Below, piece after piece: positions 1 to 8,656 of a stretch of DNA of 32,420 bases; the first letter of the stretch is position 1; each line of letters begins with the position of its first letter. A model generated the notes under the pieces. It did not search any database. It was not told where the DNA came from and was given only the letters and a program-made list of their open reading frames with translations. The position numbers and the translations under genes were made by a program. The DNA comes from a virus (Duplodnaviria; Heunggongvirae; Uroviricota; Caudoviricetes). The stretch spans positions 1 to 32,420 of IMG/VR virus record IMGVR_UViG_3300048573_000453; one strand, given 5' to 3'.

Positions 1-212
1 CCAGCATCATTCAGAAGAACGATGTACCCAATTTTATTGACCCCAGAGGTCAGCTCAAGTCGCCGTTTGATATTCTCGATTTCGGCATTTTCGGTGAAAA
101 CAATTGAGTTTGCTGCCGCTTGTGCCTTATCAGACTCAACTGATTTTGCTGTTTGCTCCATGCAACCAGAAAGAACTACCGCGACGAGAATGGTAAAAAT
201 AAGTTTGATCAT
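1..212 (-). CDS. Putative lipoprotein, 5' part (runs off window start)
   Basis: Manual translation from ATG 212: MIKLIFTILVAVVLSGCMEQTAKSVESDKAQAAANSIVFTENAEIENIKRRLEL...; signal peptide with lipobox LSGC; ATGA overlap with the upstream gene stop at 209-211; not in ORF track. Confidence 0.75.
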   Translation of the reverse strand, partial: MIKLIFTILVAVVLSGCMEQTAKSVESDKAQAAANSIVFTENAEIENIKRRLELTSGVNKIGYIVLLNDA

Positions 213-583
213 TGGCAATCCATTTTAGAAAGAGTTTGTGGGAGATTTCCGTCTTGTGCCCACTTGGTAGTGAACTGAGCAGCACGGGCGTTGTATGCTT
301 CAACGCCATTGTAACATAGATTCTGAAGACCTGCAAGCTCTTGGCGAATTCGATATGCTTCGTCTTTATCATCCGTAGTCATAGTCTTTGCGGTTGCGAT
401 CTTGTTCACATAGGATCGATGAGAAGCATAAGACTGGTGAAACCACTCATAGTTTTCAATGATCTTTGTTGGCGACTTGAGGAAGAAAGTCCATACAACA
501 AAGAAAACGATAATTAGTGAAACTACAATTCCCATCCAGCGAAGAATTGAAAATGTATCGGTATAGTCAGATTTAGAAATCAT
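209..583 (-). CDS. Hypothetical membrane protein (single N-terminal TM helix)
   Basis: 124-aa ORF with hydrophobic stretch WMGIVVSLIIVFFVVWTFF; coupled to the lipoprotein gene. Confidence 0.7.
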   Translation of the reverse strand: MISKSDYTDTFSILRWMGIVVSLIIVFFVVWTFFLKSPTKIIENYEWFHQSYASHRSYVNKIATAKTMTTDDKDEAYRIRQELAGLQNLCYNGVEAYNARAAQFTTKWAQDGNLPQTLSKMDCQ

Positions 584-647
584 TCAGTAAATTCCTTTAA
601 AGTTTTCGGAGGTTTGGGGGTCCAGCCAACATCAAGTAATCGCTGGG

Positions 648-986
648 TCATTTTGATTCTGGTTTTTTGGTTGGCGATAGTCGATTGTTCCCTGTTGTCG
701 GGGACCATTCATTAAACGATGCATAGGGAAAGTTTGATGTCCAAATTTCCGTTTCTCCGATTCTGACTGTGTATTCATCTACAAAAACAATCGGTTCATC
801 AGAATCCAGTAACGCATTCAGTTTTACGTCCCATTTACCTGAAACAGGATGTTGCAGAAGAAATTCTGGGAATATCCAGACACACCATTTTGGAGGAAGA
901 AACCGAAGCGAGGTCATCACTATCAACAGCCATACAAATGCGGCTAAAGTAAAAACGAGCACGGCGAACAAAATAAATTCTAGCAT
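648..986 (-). CDS. Hypothetical membrane-anchored protein
   Basis: 112-aa ORF, N-terminal TM segment, AAGGGG RBS-like sequence upstream, promoter at 1012. Confidence 0.65.
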   Translation of the reverse strand: MLEFILFAVLVFTLAAFVWLLIVMTSLRFLPPKWCVWIFPEFLLQHPVSGKWDVKLNALLDSDEPIVFVDEYTVRIGETEIWTSNFPYASFNEWSPTTGNNRLSPTKKPESK

Positions 987-1002
987 TTAAAGCCCCTTAA
1001 AA

Positions 1003-1034
1003 GATAGTGCAATTATACTGCGAATTGCACTATC
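1003..1034. terminator. Perfect 12-bp inverted repeat; possible terminator/operator overlapping a -10 box
   Basis: GATAGTGCAATT-N8-AATTGCACTATC; on - strand followed by TTTT; contains TATAAT (1012-1017, - strand). Confidence 0.5.
1012..1020 (-). promoter_or_regulatory. Putative early promoter -10 element
   Basis: CAGTATAAT on - strand, 25 nt upstream of ATG 986. Confidence 0.5.
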
Positions 1035-1045
1035 TCGTTCAAGTT

Positions 1046-1655
1046 TTAATTTAAGATTTTGGCTTTAGACGCGGTATTGCGAGTTTCGGCATCAAGAAAA
1101 TATTCGATGACATCCCTTTTTGTGCTATCATCTTCACTACTTTTCGTGAAACCAGACATATTGATAGGAACCATTGTGGCTGCAACAACATGCTGCAGAT
1201 CAAAATACAGCTTGAATGAACCACCAGATTCGAAGTCAGAGATACCACGCTCGATACTATCAAGAATTTCAGAAATGGAAGACGCATAAGCAATTACTTG
1301 CTCTGGAGAAGGATGCCCAAGGAAATCAGACAAGCAAGCGCTGCCCGCCTGTTTGTAGCTGTCACCATTCTTAACGACGAACGTTGCATTACGCTTGCGA
1401 TCAATACCACAGTGTTCACAAGTCGAAGGACTGCTAAAACGATAGTGTTCCGGAACTGCTTGGCCGGCAATCGACTTTACGATTGCAGTTGCACCATCAG
1501 CTTCAATCTTACCCACAAAAGACCAACCGTTCAACTTCGGTGCTTCACCTTGAAATGCTACCTCAGTAAAAGACCGAATCGTATCATCTTTTTGCGTCAC
1601 CATCTTAGTGCCAAGCACTTCAACAGTAGGCAGGGGTGTTGAGTTTTGTGTTCAT
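1046..1655 (-). pseudogene. Truncated, frameshifted paralog of the 5219-6394 gene
   Basis: LGTKMVTQKDDTIRSFTEVAFQGEAPKLNGWSFVGKIEADGATAIVKS is near-identical to the full copy. ATG 1655 gives MNTKLN, then an ~23-codon deletion with frameshift. Similarity stops at RN, exactly where the 27-bp repeat begins. Confidence 0.85.
1055..1081 (+). repeat. 27-bp direct repeat, copy 1 (insertion boundary)
   Basis: GATTTTGGCTTTAGACGCGGTATTGCG, identical to 3474-3500. Confidence 0.95.
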
Positions 1656-1661
1656 GTAAGA

Positions 1662-1670
1662 ATTATACCA
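1662..1670 (-). promoter_or_regulatory. Extended -10 promoter, probably leaderless transcript
   Basis: TGGTATAAT-N6-ATG(1655); TTGAGA at 1684-1689 (16-nt spacer). Confidence 0.65.
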
Positions 1671-1732
1671 CGACTTTCAGCAATCTCAACCCCAGGGAAC
1701 ATTTTTAAACTCATACAATCCAGACTTCAGTT

Positions 1733-2566
1733 CTAAGCTACGCAGTTACTTAGATAGTATTCGTTATTTTCTTTTTCAATCTTTGAGACAGTTTTATAAA
1801 GGTCCCCAAAAAAATGAATTTTAACACTGGCGTTCTTAGAAAGGTTTTCAAAAAGCATATTTGGCTTTCCATTCAAAACCCCACTCAAGCCAAATTTGGT
1901 TTCTGTGGAAATCAAATTATTAATATACTGAAGAAGCCGGCAATCATCGTCACTAGACCAAGTGGTGTTATAACCCGCATTGGTATTGCTATAAGGCGGA
2001 TCAATATAGACAAATGAATTTTCCGGTATTTGGATTTTTTCATAAGAACCGGAAAAGAATTTAACATTATCTGGAACATACCGTTCTTTGTAAATTCGTA
2101 AGGTTTCTGCTTTAGAAATATTAAAACCCCTTTTACCCCAGGTCTGGTTAAACTTCCCAGTTTTATTGAAGCGCATAAAACCACTATTACATGACCAAAT
2201 TAATGCCAACAATTTGCATGGGGTTGGAGAAGTATTAAAACTGTCTCGCAGCCTATTATAGTTTTCTTGGCTATCTATCGTTGCTGTGGATAGGGCAATC
2301 GACCTATTAATGAACTCTTCATCTAACAAATTTTGATGAATTTGTATCAACATTTCTAGAGAATCATTTGCGATAATTTGTGGATAAATGTTTGACACAT
2401 TCATGTACACGCTTCCGCCACCCGCAAATAAATCCAAAAACGTATCAACGTCTTTTGGAAACAGTGGCAATAATTTATCCAAAAGGTTAAATTTGCTGCC
2501 AATATAATTGATTGGTGATTTAAACATACTTGGCTTAGTGATATAAATCGGCAAATTCACAGACAT
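1733..2566 (-). CDS. dam: N6-adenine DNA methyltransferase (Dam/D12 class)
   Basis: SPINYIGSK N-terminus, motif I DLFAGGGSV, motif IV DPPY; size typical of T4 Dam. Confidence 0.9.
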   Translation of the reverse strand: MSVNLPIYITKPSMFKSPINYIGSKFNLLDKLLPLFPKDVDTFLDLFAGGGSVYMNVSNIYPQIIANDSLEMLIQIHQNLLDEEFINRSIALSTATIDSQENYNRLRDSFNTSPTPCKLLALIWSCNSGFMRFNKTGKFNQTWGKRGFNISKAETLRIYKERYVPDNVKFFSGSYEKIQIPENSFVYIDPPYSNTNAGYNTTWSSDDDCRLLQYINNLISTETKFGLSGVLNGKPNMLFENLSKNASVKIHFFGDLYKTVSKIEKENNEYYLSNCVA

Positions 2567-3039
2567 TTACTGCCGCCTTCCCAATCTGTTACGCATAAAA
2601 AATTCCCAAATGCTGTAAAGACCCTATACATTCCTTTTGTGTCATCATCAGTAAAGAAACATCCCTGGCTTTGGCGGTTATAAAATTTTGATTCTAGTAG
2701 TTGAGCTTCTTCCGTATCCAGGAATTTTAATATTTTGCCATGTTCGCGAGCACATTCAATTTCGCCAGCGACACCCACAGATGAATCCCAACCAGAAAAC
2801 TTTAGAACCCAAACTTCATCGCAGCGTGCGATAATTGTTCTACGTGTCTTACCCCAATCACCCCATGTAGCAGTCACGCTCATGAATTTCAGAATTTGGT
2901 AATCCTGGACCATCGGTGCAATAAAAGTATGTTCTGGAAATTTAGTGTGAAGATCCGCAAGCATCTTTAGAAACTTGGGTGTTAATTGGCCATTTTCAAC
3001 TGTGCCGGCAGTAGGAATAGCGGTGAAAATGAGTGACAT
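2557..3039 (-). CDS. DUF1937-like / nucleoside 2-deoxyribosyltransferase-fold protein
   Basis: ..IIARCDEVWVLKFSGWDSSVGVAGEIECAREHGKILKFL matches this family pattern. Start reassigned to ATG 3039 (MSLIFTAIP) because AGGAG lies 6 nt upstream and two TATAAT promoters lie in the ORF-track extension (to 3198). Confidence 0.65.
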   Translation of the reverse strand: MSLIFTAIPTAGTVENGQLTPKFLKMLADLHTKFPEHTFIAPMVQDYQILKFMSVTATWGDWGKTRRTIIARCDEVWVLKFSGWDSSVGVAGEIECAREHGKILKFLDTEEAQLLESKFYNRQSQGCFFTDDDTKGMYRVFTAFGNFLCVTDWEGGSKCL

Positions 3040-3067
3040 GTGTTCTCCTGTAAAAGTGTTTAAAGAA

Positions 3068-3076
3068 ATTATACCG
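3068..3076 (-). promoter_or_regulatory. Putative early promoter -10
   Basis: CGGTATAAT upstream of the AGGAG RBS and ATG 3039. Confidence 0.55.
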
Positions 3077-3121
3077 CAAGCTTGGCCGTCTGGGTTCACT
3101 AACTTTTGTCCAGCTAGCATA

Positions 3122-3130
3122 ATTATACTA
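3122..3130 (-). promoter_or_regulatory. Second tandem -10 element
   Basis: TAGTATAAT 54 nt upstream of the 3068 element. Confidence 0.45.
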
Positions 3131-3173
3131 TCAACCAATTTGGGGACCCCATGAAACTGCTTTGCAGTTACTC

Positions 3174-3479
3174 GAAAATAAGCAACAATTTCCATCAACT
3201 AAAGAAGAAGTGGAGTGGAAATTAAAGAGGTTAGATGTAAAAAATACACCATCAACAGTGATTTGACAGTTGATGTAGATGGTGTTGTGAATCTTTCCTT
3301 GAAAAAGTTGTCATTCTTTTCCTGTAAAATTTGGGGTAGTTAGTGGAGACTTTGTCTGTTCTCAAAACCGATTGACCACTTTGCGTGGAGCACCCAGGGA
3401 AGTAGGTGGAAGTTTTTATTGCCATCGAAACCTATTGAAATCTCTTCTCGGTGCACCTAGAGAAGTAGGTGGGGATTTT
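3174..3479 (+). pseudogene. Remnant of LRR-array family gene
   Basis: Reads KQQFPSTKEEVE..LKRLDVK/YTINSDLTVDVDGVVNLS../PVKFGVVSGDFVCSQNRLTTLRGAPREVGGSFYCHRNLLKSLLGAPREVGGDF; frameshifts at A6 (3239-3244) and T4 (3317-3320); cut at the 27-bp repeat; no start codon. Confidence 0.85.
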
Positions 3480-3853
3480 GGCTTTAGACGCGGTATTGCG
3501 TTCCCACACATTTCTACAAAGTCATACTTTTCATGCATTGAACTTAATTCTGATTCCCACGCACGCAATATTTGAACCGATTCTCCACTAGTTTCATTCA
3601 TGAAAAAGACGGCCTTTTCGCCCCTATGAATTTCAAATTCCTTTATTTTGTTCTCAATTGATGCCCGCACTGAATTTTCACGTTCCTGTTTGGCTTCGGG
3701 CGCATCCATTTCATACAAGAAATCTAATTTCTTGTCGTATTGTTGCAATCTAATAGCGACTAATTCGTCAACAGTTGCGCCCTGTAGGTAGTCGCCATTA
3801 CAGGGTTCTGCTTCTTCAAGCTGTTCTTTAAAATATATTGCTGGATTTGTCAT
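3416..3853 (-). CDS. Hypothetical protein with C-terminus altered by the insertion
   Basis: 145-aa ORF directly downstream of nadV; last ~19 aa (PPTSLGAPRRD..) are antisense LRR sequence. Confidence 0.7.
   Translation of the reverse strand: MTNPAIYFKEQLEEAEPCNGDYLQGATVDELVAIRLQQYDKKLDFLYEMDAPEAKQERENSVRASIENKIKEFEIHRGEKAVFFMNETSGESVQILRAWESELSSMHEKYDFVEMCGNAIPRLKPKSPPTSLGAPRRDFNRFRWQ
3474..3500 (+). repeat. 27-bp direct repeat, copy 2 (insertion boundary)
   Basis: Identical to 1055-1081. Confidence 0.95.
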
Positions 3854-3864
3854 ATTTTGATGTT

Positions 3865-5184
3865 TTATAATTTCTGCACGTAGAATTTTGCTCGGTTGCT
3901 GATTACCTGCAAAGTAACATCCACAAGGAGTTTCCCGTTCTCATAGAAGGTTACCATTTCAGGAGAATCGAGGCGACCACCTTTTGACTTCTTACCGGGA
4001 TCAGTGATTGGATCTTTTACGGTATCTACCCAGACCCCATTGATCAAAACCGCAGAAGTTTTCTGAGCAAAGGAGTAGGTATCGCGATTTACTTTCTGCA
4101 ACAACCCACCGCCAGATCCATAGATAACACACTCAGGGGCAAAGCCTGCATCGTTTACCTTCTGCGCCAAAATTGCTAGAGTTGTTGAATCAATACCATC
4201 ACCCTGAATAACTGAAACATTGTTCAGGACATGCTTGCCCTTTGAGTTTACCGTAGTTCCAAATGCAGCCGCAAGTTTTCGGAGAATCTCGGGAACAATT
4301 TCCATCATGTCGCCACTGTCTGGACGGCACACCCATTTTGCCCCAGATGCAACGATACGATCTTTGAACTTGGTGCAAAGCAGTTCAACTTCGCGCATGA
4401 TATCGTAGCCATCCATCACCACTGAAACAATTGCGCCCGGCTTTGCATATGCATCAAGAATTCGATTGAAATATGCCTCTTGGTTATCTTTACCATAGGA
4501 ACACTGGAGAGAATGTTCCGTGGCGCAAACTGAGTAACCAGCCATATCACATGAATAATATTTTCGTGCTGCTTCAAGAGCAACCACATCATCAGTACCC
4601 ATGAAATAAACCAAGTGTGAAAGTCCGCCAATCTCAGCAGTTTCTTTTGAAGAAACCCCACGACTCCCAAATGAGTGCAGTGAAAATGGCAACATATCGG
4701 GATTATCTGATGCATGGTTATAGAACCATTCAAGCTGCTTATAGTTCTCTCGATCGCGAGATGCGATAGTTGTCGGATACCAGATGCCGCGTTGCAGCGA
4801 GGTTTCGATATAAGATGCGAGCCAGAACACACGGGAGTCAGTGCACTCAACAGTCACAAATGGGGTACCAGATGCAATCGGCACGCCTTCAGGCAAGCCT
4901 CGGATTTTGATAGGCAGATACCCTGCATGCTCTTCCAAAATATATTCCCAATCTTGGCGATTGAAAGGCACACCGTGTTTGCCGGCAATATCTGCTGCCT
5001 CATCAATGTCCGCTTGTGTAATTGGCACCAGCAAATTCTTCTTAATCCACATTTGCAGACCGAACGGGACAATAGTCTGACCCTTTGCTCGTGCTTCGAT
5101 ATAGGAAAACATCCCAGAAGTTCCTTCTGGGTATAAAGCAAAGTGCGAGAATTTATATGAATCGGTATCTGTAATAATTGACAT
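3865..5184 (-). CDS. nadV: Nicotinamide phosphoribosyltransferase (Nampt)
   Basis: DTDSYKFSH, LHSFGSRG, ATEHS, RPDSGD, IQGDG, GSGGGLLQKVNRDT, KDPITDPGKKSKGG motifs of the NAMPT family. Confidence 0.95.
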   Translation of the reverse strand: MSIITDTDSYKFSHFALYPEGTSGMFSYIEARAKGQTIVPFGLQMWIKKNLLVPITQADIDEAADIAGKHGVPFNRQDWEYILEEHAGYLPIKIRGLPEGVPIASGTPFVTVECTDSRVFWLASYIETSLQRGIWYPTTIASRDRENYKQLEWFYNHASDNPDMLPFSLHSFGSRGVSSKETAEIGGLSHLVYFMGTDDVVALEAARKYYSCDMAGYSVCATEHSLQCSYGKDNQEAYFNRILDAYAKPGAIVSVVMDGYDIMREVELLCTKFKDRIVASGAKWVCRPDSGDMMEIVPEILRKLAAAFGTTVNSKGKHVLNNVSVIQGDGIDSTTLAILAQKVNDAGFAPECVIYGSGGGLLQKVNRDTYSFAQKTSAVLINGVWVDTVKDPITDPGKKSKGGRLDSPEMVTFYENGKLLVDVTLQVISNRAKFYVQKL

Positions 5185-5218
5185 TTTTGATAACTCCTAT
5201 CAAGTTTAATTGCTGATT

Positions 5219-6394
5219 TTAAAGAGCCTCAGCGAACTCTTTCTTCGTAATTCGAGCACGAGGCTTGAACTTGTTGATAAGTTGACCTTTATATGCCGAC
5301 TTTTCAAATTTCTCAACTTCTGCAAAATCCAGCGTGCCCTTGATTATAACCGAATCGCCAGCTTCAATTTCCATATTCGAGGAAAACATTTTGATCAATT
5401 GGTCATCAGCCGTCCGCATCATCAGGATCTTCGACAGACCATTGTCATAGTAATGGTATGCATCACGTTGGAATGCAGTCGCTGAGATAACGATTGCATC
5501 AATTGCAACTTTTGAACCGGCTTCACCAATAGCAACGTCAGAGAATGGCTTTACTGTTGCAACTGGCTTTGTGCAAGAAAATGCACCTGCAACAACATAT
5601 CCAATATTTGCCAGTGAAACATAGGCGCTCTTTGCAATAGTGCTGACATTATGAGCAAACTTAGTTGTTGAACCCATTGCCTTCATTTTCTCGATGACTG
5701 CTTTGGCTTCTTCAAGATTTTTAGAGATTTCGCTATGAAAAGAATTGCGAACATTTGAACTCAGGAAATACTCAGTCACATCATTCTTGGTGCTATTCTG
5801 TTCGCTGCTTTTTACAAAGCCAAATTTCTTGATCGAAACAATCGTTGCAGCAACAACAAGTTCGATATCAAAGTACGACTTAAAAGAACCGCCAGACTCA
5901 AAATCAGAAATTTCTCCGCCGATTTGATCAAGAACTTCTACCAATGAAGATGCATAGGCAATGACTTGCTCTGGGGAAGAGTGTCCTAGGAAATCAGCCA
6001 TGCAACTTTTACCAACTTGTTTGAACTCTTCCCCGTTCTTGACAACGAAAGTTGCATTACGCTTGCGATCAATCCCACAGTGATCACAGTTCATTGGGTT
6101 GCTATAGCGATAATGCTCTGGAATTTCTTCTCCAGGAACAGACTTAACGATTGCAGTTGCACCATCAGCTTCGATCTTGCCAACAAAGGACCAACCATTT
6201 AGCTTTGGTGCATTACCCTGAAATGCGACTTCAGTAAAAGAACGAATTGACTCGTCCTTCTGCTTCACCATTTTCGTACCGAGGATCTGAATGGAAGGAA
6301 CAGCAACATTCAGTTTCTGTGCCTTCTTTATCAGTTTTCCAAAGGCGACTTGAACAGAAGGAAGCATTTCAGTGGGGATGAGTTTTGTTTGCAT
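5219..6394 (-). CDS. Conserved phage protein with CxxC motif and possible C-terminal OB-fold
   Basis: 391 aa from ATG 6394 (MQTKL); CDHCGIDRKRNATFVVK; beta-rich C-terminus; paralog remnant at 1046-1655. Confidence 0.75.
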   Translation of the reverse strand: MQTKLIPTEMLPSVQVAFGKLIKKAQKLNVAVPSIQILGTKMVKQKDESIRSFTEVAFQGNAPKLNGWSFVGKIEADGATAIVKSVPGEEIPEHYRYSNPMNCDHCGIDRKRNATFVVKNGEEFKQVGKSCMADFLGHSSPEQVIAYASSLVEVLDQIGGEISDFESGGSFKSYFDIELVVAATIVSIKKFGFVKSSEQNSTKNDVTEYFLSSNVRNSFHSEISKNLEEAKAVIEKMKAMGSTTKFAHNVSTIAKSAYVSLANIGYVVAGAFSCTKPVATVKPFSDVAIGEAGSKVAIDAIVISATAFQRDAYHYYDNGLSKILMMRTADDQLIKMFSSNMEIEAGDSVIIKGTLDFAEVEKFEKSAYKGQLINKFKPRARITKKEFAEAL

Positions 6395-6400
6395 GAGCAA

Positions 6401-6409
6401 ATTATACCA
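6401..6409 (-). promoter_or_regulatory. Extended -10 promoter, probably leaderless transcript
   Basis: AAAATCATGGTATAAT-N6-ATG(6394); no SD. Confidence 0.65.
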
Positions 6410-6419
6410 TGATTTTGAA

Positions 6420-6702
6420 TCAGATGGAGTTAAACTCTTCTTCGCTCATCGCCATGTATTCGAGTTCGGTGATTCCATTCCTGTCTACCCCGAAACAGCT
6501 ACCGACAAATTTCCCATCACTCGAATACGCTGAATAGCCATAGCGGTCGAAGCCGTCTTTATCGTAGCTGTCATTGTGGATTTGTTCATCATACGGCTCA
6601 TCCTTCATTTTTTTGCGGGGGAATTTCCCCCTTTGAGTTAAAACCGAACGACTGCTCATTGATATGATACGGCAAAGCTGGCGAGTATTTTCCTTTTGAC
6701 AT
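6420..6702 (-). pseudogene. Small acidic phage protein split by a +1 frameshift in an A7 run
   Basis: AAGGAG RBS then ATG 6702 MSKGKYSPALPYHINEQSFGFNSKGEIPPQK-NEG*; removing one A (T run 6608-6614 on +) fuses it in frame to MKDEPYDEQIHNDSYDKDGFDRYGYSAY. Confidence 0.7.
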
Positions 6703-6746
6703 GGCGAAACTCCTTAAAGTACTGTTGGATTTTGAGTTGATGCCCA

Positions 6747-6752
6747 ATTATA
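6747..6752 (-). promoter_or_regulatory. Putative -10 element for the 6702 gene
   Basis: TATAAT upstream of the RBS at ~6709-6714. Confidence 0.5.
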
Positions 6753-7016
6753 ACTCAGTATCTTGCCAAGTGGAAGGATTGGCCCCAAAATAATTCAGTC
6801 TTCTAAAGGCTAAACTGCGCTGAGTTTAACTCTCATGGATGAGCTGTGGTGAATCGCCCGGTAAAATGCTCGGACGTCTACTTTAGTTGCCACAAAAATT
6901 CTTGGTAAGCCCATTTAGGAGGAAAGGCACTTGATTTAGCTTTAGGATTGGCCCAGTTAAATGAAAAATTAGCACTACATAAGAAATTGCGTGTTTTGTA
7001 AAAACGTATGTGTTAG

Positions 7017-7024
7017 CATAAATA
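7017..7024 (+). promoter_or_regulatory. T4-like late promoter candidate for the LRR array
   Basis: CATAAATA (T4 late consensus TATAAATA) 28 nt upstream of ATG 7053. Confidence 0.45.
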
Positions 7025-7052
7025 CTAACAATCTATAATTTGGGGCAGTATC

Positions 7053-7886
7053 ATGAAATTAAAACAGTTGTTTGAATCAGTAACTAAACAAGACGTCGAA
7101 TCTATCCTTAAAAAATACGGAATTGAGAACTACACCATCAATGATGACTTGTCAGTAGATGTAGATGGTGATGTGTTCTTAAATGACCAGAACCTAAGTT
7201 CGATTCCAGTTAATTTTGGTAAGGTAAGCGGGGATTTTATCTGTTCTTCCAACCAATTAAAAACTTTAGAAGGCGCTCCAAGAGAAATCGGGGGGAAATT
7301 TGCCTGCTCTAACAACAAATTAACTTCTTTGCAAGGTGCACCTAGAGAAGTTGGTGGAGATTTTAATTGCTCTTACAACCGATTAACATCTTTACAAGGC
7401 GCACCAAGAGAAGTCGGCGGGCATTTTTATTGCTATCACAACAAATTAACTTCTCTGCAAGGTGCACCTAGAGAAGTCGGCGGGCATTTTTGGTGCTTTG
7501 CTAATCAATTAACATCTTTAGAAGGTGCACCTAGAGAAGTCGGCGGGCATTTTTGCTGCCGCAGCAACGAATTAACCTCTTTGCAAGGAGGTCCTAGAGA
7601 AGTAGGTAATGGTTTTGACTGTTCTCACAACCAATTAACCTCTTTACAAGGTGCTCCTAGAGAAGTAGGTGGTGTTTTTGATTGCTCTGAAAACCGATTA
7701 GCATCCTTACAAGGTGCACCTAGAGAAGTAGGTGAGGATTTTTTCGGCTCAAATAACCAATTAACCTCTTTACAAGGTGCACCTAGGGAAGTAGGCGGAG
7801 ATTTTAGGTGCCGTTGTAACCCAAATTTGACCTCTCTCGACGGAATCGGTAATGTCGCCGGGGAAATTAGAAGCGATCTATCATGA
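7053..7886 (+). CDS. LRR-like repeat protein 1 (10 x 21-aa units)
   Basis: MKLKQLFES leader, YTINDDLSVDVDGDV cap, repeats GGxFxCxxNxLTSLQGAPREV, C-cap LTSLDGIGNVAG. Confidence 0.9.
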   Translation: MKLKQLFESVTKQDVESILKKYGIENYTINDDLSVDVDGDVFLNDQNLSSIPVNFGKVSGDFICSSNQLKTLEGAPREIGGKFACSNNKLTSLQGAPREVGGDFNCSYNRLTSLQGAPREVGGHFYCYHNKLTSLQGAPREVGGHFWCFANQLTSLEGAPREVGGHFCCRSNELTSLQGGPREVGNGFDCSHNQLTSLQGAPREVGGVFDCSENRLASLQGAPREVGEDFFGSNNQLTSLQGAPREVGGDFRCRCNPNLTSLDGIGNVAGEIRSDLS

Positions 7887-8656
7887 AATTAAAACAATTA
7901 TTTGAATCAGTAACTTCTAAACAAGATGTGGAAACTATCTTAAAGAAGTATAAAATAACGAACTATACAATTAACGACGACTTGTCAGTTGACGTAGATG
8001 GTGATGTGTTCTTAAATGACCAGAACCTGAGTTCAATTCCTGTCAATTTCGGGAAGGTAAGCGGGGATTTTAATTGTTCTTACAGTCAATTAACTTCTTT
8101 AAAAGGGGTCCCTAGAGAAGTTGATGGTAATTTTAATTGTTATAGCAACCAATTAACTTCTTTGCAAGGTGCACCTAGAGAAGTCAGCGGGAGTTTTTAT
8201 TGCGGTAGCAATCATTTGTCCTCTTTGCAAGGTGCACCTAGAGAAGTTGGTGGGGATTTTTGGTGCTATAGCAGCCAATTAACCTCTTTGCAAGGAGGTC
8301 CTAAAGAAGTAGGTGGGGATTATGACTGCCATGACAACCAATTAACCTCTTTAAAAGGTGCACCTAGAGAAGTAGGTGAGAATTTTGATTGCTCTGAAAA
8401 CAAATTGACAACTTTAGAAGGTGCACCAAAAGAAGTCGGCGTGCATTTTTATTGCTATAACAACCAATTAACTTCCTTAAAAGGTGCACCTAGGGAAGTA
8501 GGCGGAGATTTTAGGTGCTCTACCAACAAATTAACTTCCCTACAGGGTGCTCCTAGAGAAGTCGGTGGAAATTTTTACTGCCGCAACAATGCGAATTTGA
8601 CCTCACTTGACGGGGTCGGCAATGTTGTCGGGTTCACTCTGAGCGATATATCATGA
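7883..8656 (+). CDS. LRR-like repeat protein 2 (9 units)
   Basis: Same architecture; ATGA overlap with previous gene. Confidence 0.9.
   Translation: MKLKQLFESVTSKQDVETILKKYKITNYTINDDLSVDVDGDVFLNDQNLSSIPVNFGKVSGDFNCSYSQLTSLKGVPREVDGNFNCYSNQLTSLQGAPREVSGSFYCGSNHLSSLQGAPREVGGDFWCYSSQLTSLQGGPKEVGGDYDCHDNQLTSLKGAPREVGENFDCSENKLTTLEGAPKEVGVHFYCYNNQLTSLKGAPREVGGDFRCSTNKLTSLQGAPREVGGNFYCRNNANLTSLDGVGNVVGFTLSDIS

Larger units (their letters stand above)
1082..3500. mobile_element. ~2.4-kb inserted segment (dam + DUF1937-like + two gene remnants) with 27-bp duplication
   Basis: Flanking exact 27-bp repeats; both ends are truncated genes; removing it restores a clean stop (..NAIPRLKPKS*) for the 3853 gene; no recombinase inside. 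Confidence 0.65.

Noticed and set aside
1733-2566. Restriction-modification system around dam
   Set aside because: No endonuclease-like ORF is adjacent; it is best read as an orphan protective methylase
3040-3198. N-terminal 53-aa extension of the DUF1937-like ORF in the ORF track
   Set aside because: The region contains two TATAAT elements and antisense LRR remnant sequence; a strong AGGAG RBS precedes ATG 3039
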